Assembly: GCA_977030845.1 (NCBI GenBank)
Contig: OZ365110.1
Coordinates: 40,300,001 to 40,364,000 of the forward strand
Origin: Fimbriosthenelais zetlandica
Lineage: Eukaryota
DNA: 64,000 nt
Direction: 5' to 3'
Numbering within the stretch: the stretch's first letter is position 1; every line of letters starts with the position of its first letter. Below the pieces are notes generated by a model that did not search any database, had not been told where the DNA came from, and saw only the letters and a list, made by a program, of their open reading frames with translations. The translations under genes were made by a program, and so were the position numbers. Of this stretch, positions 36,901 to 50,367 are shown in pieces.

Positions 36901-38934
36901 CTGTACCTAACAACACTTCTAGTTTGGATCCACCACAAAGGGGCAGAAGTGCAATAGTATGTATGCCATATTGTATAGATCTGCCTCTATACCACTCGCC
37001 GGCGAGTAGTGTTTTGGGAGAGGAGGAATGGTGGATCCAAGCTACAAGCAAAGGATCCAAATTCTCATTTGGGATTGTGACGCTTGTATCACACAGGCGT
37101 CAGCTGGTGGGTGAGTCAGTGGTGGGTGGTGCAGGTGGTGGTGCTAGTGAAATCCATAGGGGATCGACTATCCCTTTAACATGTACCATAACTTCCTACT
37201 CCTGGATCCTGCTAGGAAACCATTTATTGTTGCAAGAACCTATGGATTATGATTCAGCAATAAAACTGACTATATCCCATAAATTTAAGCTTATGGGAAC
37301 TTATGGGAGTTGGTGGAGCCACTCTGGGTCCCTACTGCATTGTTAGATCCATGCAATGGTTGATACATATGTGTATAGATGGCCATAACACAGACGTCTG
37401 TGTAGGTCTGGAATCTATACACACAAACAAATAGATGGCTAACGTTATAAGATGTATATACCTGAGATGGTACAGGCCTATTGGGAACTCGCTCAGTGTA
37501 TCATTGGGTGCACAGCGGTCAAGATCCACATATCATCACTTGGGACAGTTTTCCATTATATTTTATGTATGTTTTATGGTTTGAAACTCATGGTTACATA
37601 AATTATAAAGTGAAAACATTTATACCATGGTTTCTCTGAAAGATTATTAAAGGATGCAAAATCGAAAATGACCCCAGTTTCATTTTCATGAGGTACACAT
37701 GTTGTATCGGTTCAATGAATCAAACATACTGTACATGTATTGATATAATTTTGAGAATTAAATATTGAAATGATTATGGAATAAACTTGTCAGTATATTT
37801 AAAAGTTGCAGAAGAAATGCAAGAGTCTATAAACAAATATACATTTATGCATGCTCGGCCTATTTCCATTATAGATTTAATACAAAACCCATTCACAAGT
37901 AATGCCTTGAACCCAATATGAATAATAGATATGTCGTTACAATGGTAGGGGCAGGGCAGCTAATGATTCCTTTCTCATCCAAACACTGCCAACAAGTTCC
38001 CGGCAAAAAGGAGACCATGACCCGTGAAAGGTCATCGTGTATTTTTCTTTAGCTGACCTTCAGGAGGAAAGAGTGTCACAAAGAAGAGTGAGGGATATTT
38101 AGTCGGTTAGTATTGTGTGCGGCCAATGAAAGTCCCTTTAGATTTTCAATACAAATTACCAAAAACCTTCTGCGGTTCGGGGGGCTATACTATAGGTCTG
38201 CGTGACCATATTGTCCTCCTAATACTAAAGTCTCAAACATATCAGAGTCCAGTCTTCCGTATACCACCGGTTCATAACAGAATTGTACTCGCATGAAAAG
38301 TAAATATCTAGAGGAGGGGCAATCACCACTCGAGGGACAATAGAAACAGTGCTGAAGTTCGCATGATGTTCACTGCAGACACCACAATGGCCATGGTCTA
38401 TGACCGACACATGTTTTTGATGTGCAATATATAGGCCCAGATTGTTTTGAGCTTTGATGGGTATCACACTTATTGGAAACTTAAGTGCATCATCAAATAT
38501 TTAGGATTGTCTGAAATTTGACTTGTTTCAATCCGAGGGATTTATTACCCGGTAAAAATGGGTAGTTTGTCTTCTCTTTTGTCAATGGTCAAACTGTTTG
38601 AAGTCGGAATGAAATTAGCACTTATTAATTTTAGAAATATAAAAATGAAATATAAACAAAACAAGGTATACCATTCGTGAACCAGTGAATCCTTTAAAAT
38701 GGGAGACAATACCATATAGAAGCCTCAGATTAATGCTCGGATATACGAGGCACCAAGAAGAAAGATTATCTAAGCTCCCCTGGGAACACCACCCCACCCC
38801 TCCATATCCCACCTCCCCATTTATCTATTGTAGCAACTGTGTGACAAAAAAAAGATAATAGTAGGCTACCTCAGTGACTGTCCCTACAGAGGTGTCTCCA
38901 TTTATACCACTCGACACAGAAAATACCAGAATTT

Positions 38935-39650
38935 GGACCTCCCACGTTCCGCGGAACGCGCGCCAAACGCCCTCAGCCATTGGCGCTCCCCAACTTTTGG
39001 CTGATCTGGTACCACCAAAAGGACATCGTAACCCCTTGTCCGAGTCTTCCCGCGGTCAATTACAAAAATTATTGGCCATCTCCAGTGCCGTGGGAAGTGA
39101 TTTGTGGGACCCGAGTTGTGGAAGCCATGTCGCGCGGGTCAGTGTAGTAAATAGTATAGTGGGGGAGGATTTGGCAGGTTACGGTCGGACCGGACCATTA
39201 CAAAAGCGGCTACATCCTCAGCGCGGGCCCTCACAAGCGGTAAATGCTGGCAATCGCAGATCCGACAATGGTAGTTGGCTGGGCGATCAGTAACCGCTGC
39301 CAAGAAGGGAAAGCGGCGGCGGCGGCCGGAGGGGAAGGCCGTGCTTGTCCCGTCACCAGACAAGACAATGGTCCTAAATAGAGGATGGAGGGGTCGCGGG
39401 GTCGGGCGGCGGGAGGTGGGGGCTGAAGGTCCGGGTAAAAGGCCAGGCCATGACCGGGGAATGCCGAGGTGGCTGTAGCCTGCGAAAAAGGCCCGTCACC
39501 GCTCTAATGGTACTACTTAGACTGCGGTGAATTTAGATGATTAGGCGTTTAGCGCGGAATTATCTGTCGTGGGACAGATATAACAACAGCTTTCCGGGCA
39601 GGGCCGCGGATATAATGGGTTAACGCGTCCATAATGCCCCGTGAACAATC
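38935..39650. promoter_or_regulatory. GC/CpG-rich island upstream of the NFI coding exons; candidate promoter or non-coding first exon
   Basis: Dense CG dinucleotides and a (GCG)n run in an AT-rich background. On the minus strand, a TATTTA at 39380-39375 is followed by a pyrimidine/GC-rich leader. Confidence 0.4.
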
Positions 39651-42360
39651 TCCTTAATGACAGAGTGGGAAACGCTCTCATTATTATACATTCTTAACCA
39701 CAACTCCTCGCTCAATTTAAACTTCTTTTATCTTTCTCTGCCACTAACTTTGTGACAATTCAAAGGTATTTTTCCTAACTCTGAATACAGATATAGTTAT
39801 TAGATACGTCCATGTAGGATAAGGATATTTTTATAAAAGTAGTTTTTATTAATTAAAAAGATCCATACATATCACATTCATAGCACATGAGTATCGATGT
39901 TCCTTTGTTGTATGTCTATATTTAAACCAGTGTACTAGTTAGCGGGTCAGGCTCCGGGGATGAATCTACATTTATGATGACCAGAGATTATCTATTTAGC
40001 AATGTGTATACATGCACGAACTTCATAGTGTGGGTCAAACGGGTGTATTGCAGTGAAATGTGCATGCATGCAACTCTCTATAGGCCTATATAAAATCCCT
40101 TATATTTTGTTCCCACATTTACCATTTCTATAAATAAAGTATACCAAATTTTGAATGATCAACTTCAACTGCATGTATATATAAGAAACTTGGTCTGTAA
40201 ATGCCTCGCAATTCAACTGACGTAAGATACAAGGGGGCATTAATTCAGCCCACATCTTTTGTTTTCTAAGTGTATTCTTCGCCAAATCAGGGAAAGATAA
40301 ACCTAAAGTATATGCCTATATATGTTACTTAGAAATTTTACCAGATTTCACTATTATCAATATCGGGCTTATATCTCTGAAATGATGATTTCTCCCTAAA
40401 TTTCCTCTCTACACAGCATCACTACATTCCTTTGCGGATAATGTATAGACTTGTACCTAATAATCATGTAGTGAAGCTAAAGTTGGTATAGGAGTGAGTT
40501 GAGAGAGTTCTAGGAGGGTTAGAGTCTACTCTAGCCTGGCTGTATAGCAGGCTATAGTCGCGGGACAGTGTATTGGACGTACTCAATCTACCCTGCTATT
40601 TCCAACCACCACCACCACCACCCTATCCTCCAGTCCACCACCTCCAGCCTAGACACCAAACTAGACAGGAGGAAACATACAAGTGCCTGGATACCAACAT
40701 GGCTGGTGGCTGGTATAAGCAAGCTGAGGATCCAGAATGGATCCCATACCTCTCACATTGAACTGACGGAAAATCAGGTATACGCCCGATCAGCGAACGC
40801 CTTTGTTTCGGATGTTGTCCGCGTGAGGTCGTCGCGATCATTTAGCGGGAATGCTCCCGAGAATTAGTTGTATTGATGGGAAGGATATATTATAGAGGCA
40901 ATATACAGTATAGGATGACTATTGCTCAATAGGATGCAACTAATAGACTACTAACAGGACAGGGCTGTTACATAGGATGACATAATGGATCTAGTCTGTA
41001 GAGAAGTATGGAGCAGAAAGTGGTATATATACCATAGGATGAACACTAGTGTATACATGTATACACATCTAGTCTAGAGCTTCCTCCAGTTCTGACTATA
41101 GTATTCACCGTGTTCAAGCTCGTATAATACATGAAAACTAAGCTTAGTAAATTTATTACACAAAAAAATTATCTTTTCTAATTTTCTTTATAACCATATT
41201 CATCATCTATATTCCGGTGCCTGGATAAAGATTTTCAAGTAGATAGGGAGCCTAATTATACACCGCACTTCACTTTAAGTTGGCTTTCGAGTAAAGAAAT
41301 ATTAATTTTAAACTGATAAAATCTATTCAAAAAATATTCATCATTTTTATGATGAGGTAAAATGACAATCATTTAATAAGAACACTGTGTTGTAGGAATA
41401 AAACAACTTTTCCTTCGATAATATACACATGTGTATAAAAGGATGCACCACAAGTAATTGAAGAAAGTCAGGGTAGAGGTTTATTAGATTCAGTCACATG
41501 GCTAATTGCTAGGTTGAAACGATTATATGTGTTACAGGCAAGCCAAACCATGTTATTTCATGAGTAATTACTCGCCACGACTCATTATGTGTTGAACTTA
41601 CGTAACGCGGGACGGGGAAAATATTCTAAATTACATCTGGGCTTGAGGCCGGTAATTGCAATGCAATTCATCCTGGCAAATTTGAAATGATTAACTTCAT
41701 AATAAACTTCTGACAGATGTAAAGACTACATGCATCTTATAAATGCCACTTGTAATATATAGCATAAGTTTGTTATTAAACACTTTGCCGATCATATTAT
41801 ATGGCTAGATTAATTTCAAAGAAAGCCATATATTCTTGACGAAAAATAATCTAACATTTTTTGGGACAAGCTCATGAATTAATGTGATCTAAAACATTAT
41901 ACACTTTACAAGTTGGATGTAAAAATATAATGATATAAAAATATCAACTAAGCCCAAGTGATTGTAACAATGTAACAAGGCCTCCCAAGCGCCCGGGACA
42001 GGCAGCGCGATTCTGGGGCCCCCTTGTGCTGATCAGTGGAAGCTATAAATTGATGGCATTCCCTCACAGACGGCCGGCACGTGGGGATAATTTGTGTCAT
42101 TGAGGAGAGTGGACTATTGAACAATATAGACATTATGTAGCATCTCTATGATTGGGTACATCATCCATCAGTTGAGAGATGATTGAACATAGCCCGGGAC
42201 CACTTATATGTATACAGGGTTGTAGAGTACCGGAATAGTTGATCTCTCCATCAACCTTGTAGCCAGGAATTATATAATATGATTGTCCCTGAAAAGTATA
42301 CCCTGAATGATGTCAAAGTATTTCTAAATTTATATAAAAACCCTGAAACTCATTCTATCT

Positions 42361-42480
42361 ATCCAGGATTTTTAAACGGGCAGGGGAGGGGGTGTGTCAT
42401 TGTGAGAAAAAAAACCTGAATGACAAATAATTTCAGACAGGGACTCGGAAGGGGGCTGACCATCTATACCTCCCCTGGAT
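42361..42480. mobile_element. Possible small MITE remnant (ATCCAGGATTT...CCCCTGGAT)
   Basis: 7-bp inverted ends ATCCAGG/CCTGGAT with internal G-runs. A related end, GGGGCAGATCCAGGATTTTAG, occurs at 50276. Confidence 0.35.
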
Positions 42481-42860
42481 CTGTAGGACAGTTTTCATGA
42501 TAGTTCCTGTATTGGTATTAAAGGCATCAATCCTAACCCGGCAGCATAATAGATGGTGTTTAATAATATTATGAGTGTTTATGGGGGAATGATGGTTCGT
42601 GCCATGGTAACTGATTGCAGGTGTAACAATAGATGGTAAAGGTGGTGAACCTAGCTCACCTTACCTCAGCTGGTGGTGGTGGGCAAGTATATATGAGGCG
42701 ACGTCAAGACGCCAGATTAACCCTAATCCCTGCCCAGACCAATATTATACCTACATACTAGTTATATAGGTATAAAGGAAACTCATGCTTAAATGATTTA
42801 GTGTGCATTTTATGGGGGAAATCCGCGGACTATACTACTTAGATAGCGAGTGAGGACAGA

Positions 42861-42883
42861 TTTGTTTGACGTCCAGTCAGCAA
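42861..42883 (-). mobile_element. Very short tail fragment of the same SINE family, copy E
   Basis: TTTGTTTGACGTCCAGTCAGCAA differs from copy D at one position out of 23. Confidence 0.4.
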
Positions 42884-45800
42884 CACGATGATAAAACATA
42901 TTTGGGTTAATGTTTAAACCCTTCTTGGTTTACGTAACATTTGTATGGCCCCCATATATAGATAGGCCTTCATAGGAACGAAGGTGATTGGATTTGGGGA
43001 TCATTCATTATATAATGTGAATTGGTCGGATGAGGGGAGCACTCGGCCTATATATACATGTACATATGAATTTTCGCCGTAAGTTTGGATGAGGGAAGTA
43101 TATGAACCAAGTGTGGGCTGATTCACTTGGCATGTCGGACAGCCTGGGGCAGGCCAGGAGAAAAACAATAGGATGACCACGTCACGGGTCGACGGCAGGA
43201 AAAATCTACAATTCATCAAGACTAGCTGGAAGCAGTGGAGGCCTTACAATGTGGGACACTCATATAGTCTATACAGTAAATAATATACCTACAGAATCAT
43301 TATAATGGGGTGTATACACCAAGGGGATTCAGTCGCGCCGTGAGTTAACACTGAGACTGAATCTACAAGACTGCCGACCCATTGGAGGGATATTGGAGGG
43401 GAGGTCAGGAAGTGAACTAAAAATATTTCCATACATAATTCAGAGAAAGTGGAAATCATTATTATGTAAATGAACCTTCGCCGAAGTTTAAACTTTTGGC
43501 AGTGGGATATTATTATGCATGGAAGAAACTATTATAACACATTTTATTCTATAGAAAAATCACTATATTTCAACGACAAAAACTTGTTTAAAATATGGGA
43601 AATTGATTGGTTTATATGTTTGTCATTACTCTGCTTTAATTTAGCTGGCTTTCCATGTTCGGTGCAGTTTTAAATGCACCAATGAGACCACTCGCCTCGA
43701 GCTGCCATCACCAAAAAAGAATTGGCCGCGGGCCCTCGCTCACTACACGTCCAAAATATGAATTATATCTCTCCTACCAGCCTACAAATCACCGTCTAGT
43801 TTGGCTGCATTTATCTGATGGCGGAGGAGGTGCACATCAAGACAAGATGTTCCTCTCTCTCCCCCCAAAAAATAAAAGATTAATGTGGTGAACAAGCCAA
43901 TTTTGTGACAGCGAAATTCTCAGTGATACCCTACTGAAATATCTATAAGCTCAATGCTTAAAACATGATCTATTAATAATGTACGATGCATTGACAGGGC
44001 AAAACAAAGTTAATTTTAGTTTTATCTTTTTGAACACAACCTAATGAAAAGAACTGTGGATGTATTGAGATATATACCATTAATGAATCTATTTCAATTA
44101 ATGTAACAGTTCAAGTGCCTTGACCTCAGGTCCCCACCTTCGCTACCAACTATTACCATCACTGAATGCACTGTAAACAATAGAATATATTGACAGGATC
44201 CATGTCAGACCCGCTGAAATATACCGATCAGAACTGTGTACAAGTACCAACTGGGATATATCATATCCGACTCTAGCTAGTGAAATATTTATAACTACTC
44301 CGTCAAAAGCAGGTGAATTGATATGAAAATGGCATGTGTGGAGCTGGGAATAACCCCTTCACTTATCCATGTGAATTAATACCATTCCTCAGCAGATTTC
44401 TCTATGTATTTTTACCCTCTGGTCTGTCAAATGCCTGTCAGACATGGCCCAAGCCACTAACCTCAATACAGCCTATAGACATCCACCCAACCTCCCCCAA
44501 TTTGCTAAGGCGTGGTATTGAAGGTAAATATTTGTTTGTCTCTTTTTTTTCTAAACTTGAAGTTTGCTTGATTGAAGGTTGCATGCAGGCACGAGCAGAT
44601 TGCCTGTGTTCCAATGCCTGCAAAGGTTGTGAGCAATAGCCCCGAGCTACTCCTCTGGAGCAATCTAATGAAAAACCGGGCAGGTAACATGTTGAACTAA
44701 ATTGCAAAATTAAAACATTGCTCAGTTAATCTAGTTTTGGATTTTGCTGCTTCTCTAGTTGAGAAACTGATGCTGGAATGATTTTGGCTGTTGGAATGAT
44801 CAGATTTCCTTCCCCACTCCTTGACTCGCCCTCCTCTATCTAGTTCTAATTGGAATTGGAATTTACGGTTCATCTCACAAGGCAAATAAAGGAGTCGGGG
44901 ATTGGATAAAAATCGGAGTGAGAGAGAGAGGGAGGCCGCAGGAGATTACATCTAAAGTGATGCAGTTTTCATTAGGCTCCAACACGAAGGTAAAGTGTTC
45001 ATATGCGTGCATTGGTTAGGCTGAAAGGTTCATGATTAATAAGATCAAGGCTGTAGGTCATCAGTGCTCGACCAGCTCATCAAAGCTTCACAAACACTAT
45101 TATAATATCAGCCTCCTCAATAATCACCTTATATCAGATTTACTCCCACCTATCTATAATACATTTACCAAGACGCAATAAAAAAGAGATAAGGAAAAAA
45201 ATAAGGAAAAAATATAAATATATTCACTCAGCAGGGAAACTGTGATCTCAACTTTAATAGTAATTTAAGTTGGAAATATGAAACTAAAATACTCAATAAG
45301 GGGAGAGCTATTAAGAGGAAATGTATTTAATTAAATTAATGTTCCTATCCAATTGCATAAACGTAAAAAAAGACTAACATTTAGAGAGTTGTCACACTTG
45401 ACCTCCCACGTGACAAATGGCTCCAAATGGCTCCAAAAGAAGGAGACATTTACACATATTCAAGGAGCAAGATTAATGAATGCGAATAGAAACTGGATTA
45501 AAGAAATGACCGACGAGGACCACCTTTCATTAATGTGGGTTTTAAAACCTTACCCGGAGTGGTTCCATGAACCAGCCATGATGAGGGTGGTGGTGGTGCG
45601 GGTGGTGGTGCCCTGTGCTATAATCCATACTGAAGTATATAAGGAACAATCCTAAACTTTCACTAGTCTTCCATCCCCAGTAGTCCATAGCATCACATCC
45701 TTAATGGGAGGTAAGTTAATGAAGAAGCTTTAGTCATTTCCTTGGGTAGGACCACACACACCAGTGGCATTGTCCAGTCTATAGATTATCCCCCTAGAGC

Positions 45801-46239
45801 GTGAGACTCCCTGTCTCATTCCATCGATGATAATTCATATCATTATATCTTAACCCTGTTTATATATGCCACAGTGGTGGACAATTCCTACTTAGTCTTA
45901 TGTATACATGGGGCCGGGGATGGCTGTATAGTAATGAGGGTGGATGGTGGTAGGAGATGGTGGTGGTGGAGGAGGCAGTAGTATAGGCACCTGTTGTTTT
46001 GTATGGAGATGTCTGATAGGTGTTGGTAGGATGGAGGATAACTTCAAAGTCTATCATGCAGATTGGAAGCTGCATCCACTGAAGCTTGGACCAGAATGAC
46101 CTGTACCTCACTTTTTCCTTTCCCTCCCTCTCCTCCTCCTCCCCCTCCTTTCTTCTCCTCTCCTCCTTGTTGTGCCAAAGCCAGAGCTTGCTCCCACTCG
46201 CTCACACGCCTTGACATGCAAAGCTCATTTGAATAGGGC

Positions 46240-47110
46240 ACCTAACCATGTCGCGAGTGAGATGTTAGATAAGCCAAGCCAATCAATTCAAACACTTTTA
46301 CTGACTCATTCTTCCAAGTGAGAAGAAGGAGTCAAAGTTATTATACCCACAAGCATATAGATCTTGAGAAATGGTCGAGTGAGGTGCTCGCAATGCTCAC
46401 GCCAGACAGTTTAGCTGCGGCGCGGGGGTTTGAGAATTGAATGTGTTGACTAATGAAGCATAAAATATGCACGGGCACATTGACAGTGCCAATCAAACTA
46501 AGGAGGCGAGTGCACTGCTTTAACCGAAACAAGCCAGCCAAGCGGATCTACATCAATTAGTGCAATGAAGGGAAATATAATGGACTTGAAAGTCATTAAA
46601 ATGAAACCAGGTAAAATCAGGGGCTTCTGCTGCAATCCCCTTGCAACCCTCCGCAATTCTAACTTCATCAACCCAGTGATCTATTACCTTAGATTTCATG
46701 TAGAAAGTGAAAGAGAAATTACCAAAATGTTGGCCTGTAAATTTATATATGAAAATATTTATAGATTGTAATACATATTACCCTATGGAAAGGGGGTGCA
46801 ATTGTGTGCATGGGCCCATTAATTGTATAATTTTCTAAAATTTCTATAAAGAGGCTGACCTCTTGAGCTGCCCCTTGGGATCCACCTTTGCTAAAGAGCT
46901 TCTTCTCACGCCCCCCCCCCCCCCCACCCCGCCCCACCTTCTCCACCCATTCCTCAGCTTCTCCAATCACACACTTTTTGGCGCCCTCCTCCCTATAAAA
47001 GTGGAAGCAATCACTGTGGGCGCCACCAGTGGCGCGGCGCCCAAAGGAGGCGGCACAGACAAGCAGTGGAGTCGCGCCATTGACAAGACATGCACGCTAA
47101 CTCTGAGTAG
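46240..47110. promoter_or_regulatory. Candidate enhancer region with clustered homeodomain/TALE/CCAAT-type motifs
   Basis: TGACAG next to TGCCAATCA (46481-46495), further CCAATCA and TAAT/ATTA cores, and CpG-rich patches. Confidence 0.3.
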
Positions 47111-49999
47111 TAGCTTTAGATTGCTGCTGCTTAATACATTTATGCTGCAGATTGAGTCCATTTCTCTCAATCCAATCATTTCATTCGCTATTCCTTACTG
47201 CGAAATCATTGTTTTGGGGCATTTGTTAAAAATTCAAAAATGGCCTTCTCTGAACGTATAGGCAAATTCATTTATTAACTAAATGAATAAATTTGTGTAT
47301 TTTCTGCAACGTGAAAATGCAAAATGCATGTTAACCGTTTAGGGATCTGGTTCTTCAACATGTTTGGCATATTGTCAAGGGAGATTTGGGATCAAAATAT
47401 GTCCCAGGTATGATAAGCTAACAAAAAGTCTTTGTCTCTCCTTCATATGATATTATAGACTAGCGATCTATACATTAAACATAAAAATACATTATAAAAG
47501 ACATGGAAGCAATGCCTGATACACTATATCAACATCATTAAACCTTAACAAGGGGGCTCCAATCAGGCGTGTCGCTACTAGTGCTATAGAATTTTCATCA
47601 CCATCAAACCCAATCGATCAAGTTGTGTTAAAAAATAATCAATAGAATAGCTTATTAAACCTCCACATTTTATACTCCATGAAGATATCATATGGAATGT
47701 TTTTGTAAATATAAGTATCCAGGAACTTAGTATTTAGCGGAATTCAATATTCCTTGATAATCTTCAATATTTTTCCTGATAATTATATACAATTTAGAAT
47801 ACATGTTGTGGGATTGTCGTACCGAAACTTTCTTTAAAAAGGTGTAAAACAATAACTAAAGATTTCTAACACAAAACCTGCTGAAGGAGACTTGGGGAAA
47901 AAACCATGTCTACAATGTAAAGAATGGACTGCATAAGGTGACGTGAATTAAGACAATAGTATGTATTGTTACTCAGTCATGGACATGATCCAACACCGAG
48001 TTTATTCCGTATATTCATGAATGACATCCACACATAATTCATTAATCGTTCTATGCCTTGGAGAAACGCCCATGTGGCGCAATGAGGGCAGAGGAACCCG
48101 GTCCTGGCATAACCATTGATAATGTGGTCGTCAGGTCGAGGCAAGGGCGCCAAAATGAAACTAATACATGTATCTAACTAGGTCCATAATAATATGTCTT
48201 GTTATAATTTTCAGTCCCTGTAATTCATTTAATTATAGATACAAAGATCCTATCCTGCTAATGAATAAGTATTTTTTTAGATCTTTAGTATCATCTATAA
48301 TCTGATTTTACAGAACTGAACGCATACGGTCCAGTAAATATTAATGGACCTCGCTGTAATCTGTATAATTTTGTAGCATATTAGATTCTAACGATGCTGA
48401 ATGTCCATGAACCAACCATCTAATCAAGCAGTATAAAAATACTAAACTAATAAAATCGATATGGAATTTCACTATACCAGCACACATTTTTTTAGGTGAG
48501 ATTGGTGGATGTTTTAGAATTAAATCAAAATGGAAAATCCGTTCAATTTCGTGACATTAAATCAAATTTTCACAATGCCAACCAATTCCCCGTCAATTCT
48601 CTCCCCTCGTCAATACAAGAGGGGAGAGAAGTAATGGCGGACCACAATTATCACAATAACTTTACATAAAACACCCTGCCCCTGACAGGGGTCTTTGTGG
48701 AGGTGGTCATATAAATCAGGACCACCTCTGTTTCTCCCACCCTACCCGCCTGTCGCTAACACCATGACAAATGACACCCGCCATCCTAACGAGTCCCTCC
48801 ACACCTGGAACACCACCAAATCACTATCCTAAAAAACGTCAATAATTGATAAGACAACCCGCCGATCTGCCTCTGAAATATGGCTAATTTTCTTACAGCC
48901 TGATAGCCCATGTTTTAACATGGTTTCCTGCGATTTACGAGGGGAATTTCTCCAGGCGTCCAGTGCGATTTATTTCTCTGGGGTTAATTTATTAATTCTC
49001 TCTCCACCCCCTCTCTCCGACTCTCCTAACCCCCACCCCCTCAACCCGACCCCGAGGGGAGGTTCCATAAGATCTGTGACATGGGTGGGGGGTGGGTAGC
49101 CCCCAATACTAATTGAACTACAAAAATCATCCAGAGAGAGGGGTGGGGTCTATGGAGTCAAGACCACCCTCTCTGGATCCACCCCTCCCCCCACCCCACC
49201 CCACCCTGGAGGTGTGTTTTCTGAAGGTTCCGCTAGGTGTGGCCCCTACTCCACAGTGGCAGCTTGCAGGGCTGGTGTTTGGGGGGCAGTCCGCCTGGTT
49301 TGCTGGGTCAGTTGGTGCAGCTTCAGCAGCAGAAGCAGGAGCTATATCTCCAGCACAGAGCAAGCAAACCAGCAGGGAAGCAACCATCACCTTTGCCTAC
49401 CTATTCTAGCGTCCCAGGTTGACTAAAACAGCACTGCTGGAACTAAGTGTAAAAATAGGTCGGACCCTCCTATGTTCAAGAAACACTCAAAATTTCCTAC
49501 TCCAAAGAGTACAGGAGCCATCCTCACACATCAACAAACGCCTTGTTTGTACAGAGACCTAAATGTCTAATTTCAGGAGAAAAAAAATTCCCATAGACAT
49601 TCTTTTTCAATTTTAAAGGGCACTTAAACTAATTTTCAATATTTCTGTACACCAAATGCACCTGAAGCTATTTTAATTATAAGGAATGGGTAAGGGCTTT
49701 GGGAAAAAAATTAATGCTGCTTTCCCATCTCTGTAAGAACCAGGGCTTGTCTTTATTACTAAGAGTAAGAATAGTTGATGATAGTGGAGAGACTGAATAA
49801 TGACTTATATACGGAGGTCACGGTGGATGACCTGGTGTACAACCAATACCTCATCATACTTGCAATCAGTGGTGTTTATAAATGGCAATGTGATGAGATA
49901 ATAGTCTTTTTTCTTTAATCATATGACAGTGTCTCCCCACAACGGCGCCAGAATTAACTAATGTAAGCACCAAGATGGGAGGGAGAAGGAAGCGGATGG

Positions 50000-50267
50000 T
50001 GATCACAGGAAATGGGTTCAAATCAATGATGAGAGGGAGGTGAAAGGGGCCAGGTACTGCACTTAAAACATACTAAAACATATATGAGAAAGATATTTAT
50101 TCGGTTTTTACAGTTACTGAATTCTCATTGTATAAGTCTGGGACCCTTAAAGTTCGTATATCCGATAAATGATCACATGAAATAGGTTGAAATCAAAGGA
50201 GAGATTCTTGAAGAGGGAGGGGAAAGGGACCAGGGACCCAATGCTAAAATATACTAAAACATATATG
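50000..50267. repeat. Diverged direct duplication (50000-50086 and 50170-50267)
   Basis: Both units read TGATCACA.GAAAT.GGTT.AAATCAA...GAGGGAGG.GAAAGGG.CCAGG...ATACTAAAACATATATG. Confidence 0.8.
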
Positions 50268-50273
50268 GAGGAA

Positions 50274-50367
50274 CAGGGGCAGATCCAGGATTTTAGAAGG
50301 GGATGAGGGGGTGACTAATTTCTTGACTGAAGGCTACAAGAATATAACCAAATTGTTATCCGCTCTG
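50274..50367. mobile_element. Possible small MITE remnant (CAGGGGCAGATCCAGG...ATCCGCTCTG)
   Basis: Degenerate inverted ends, with the same left-end motif as at 42361. Confidence 0.3.

Noticed and set aside
36994-37007. 14-bp palindrome ACTCGCCGGCGAGT
   Set aside because: Several palindromes of this length are expected by chance in 64 kb.
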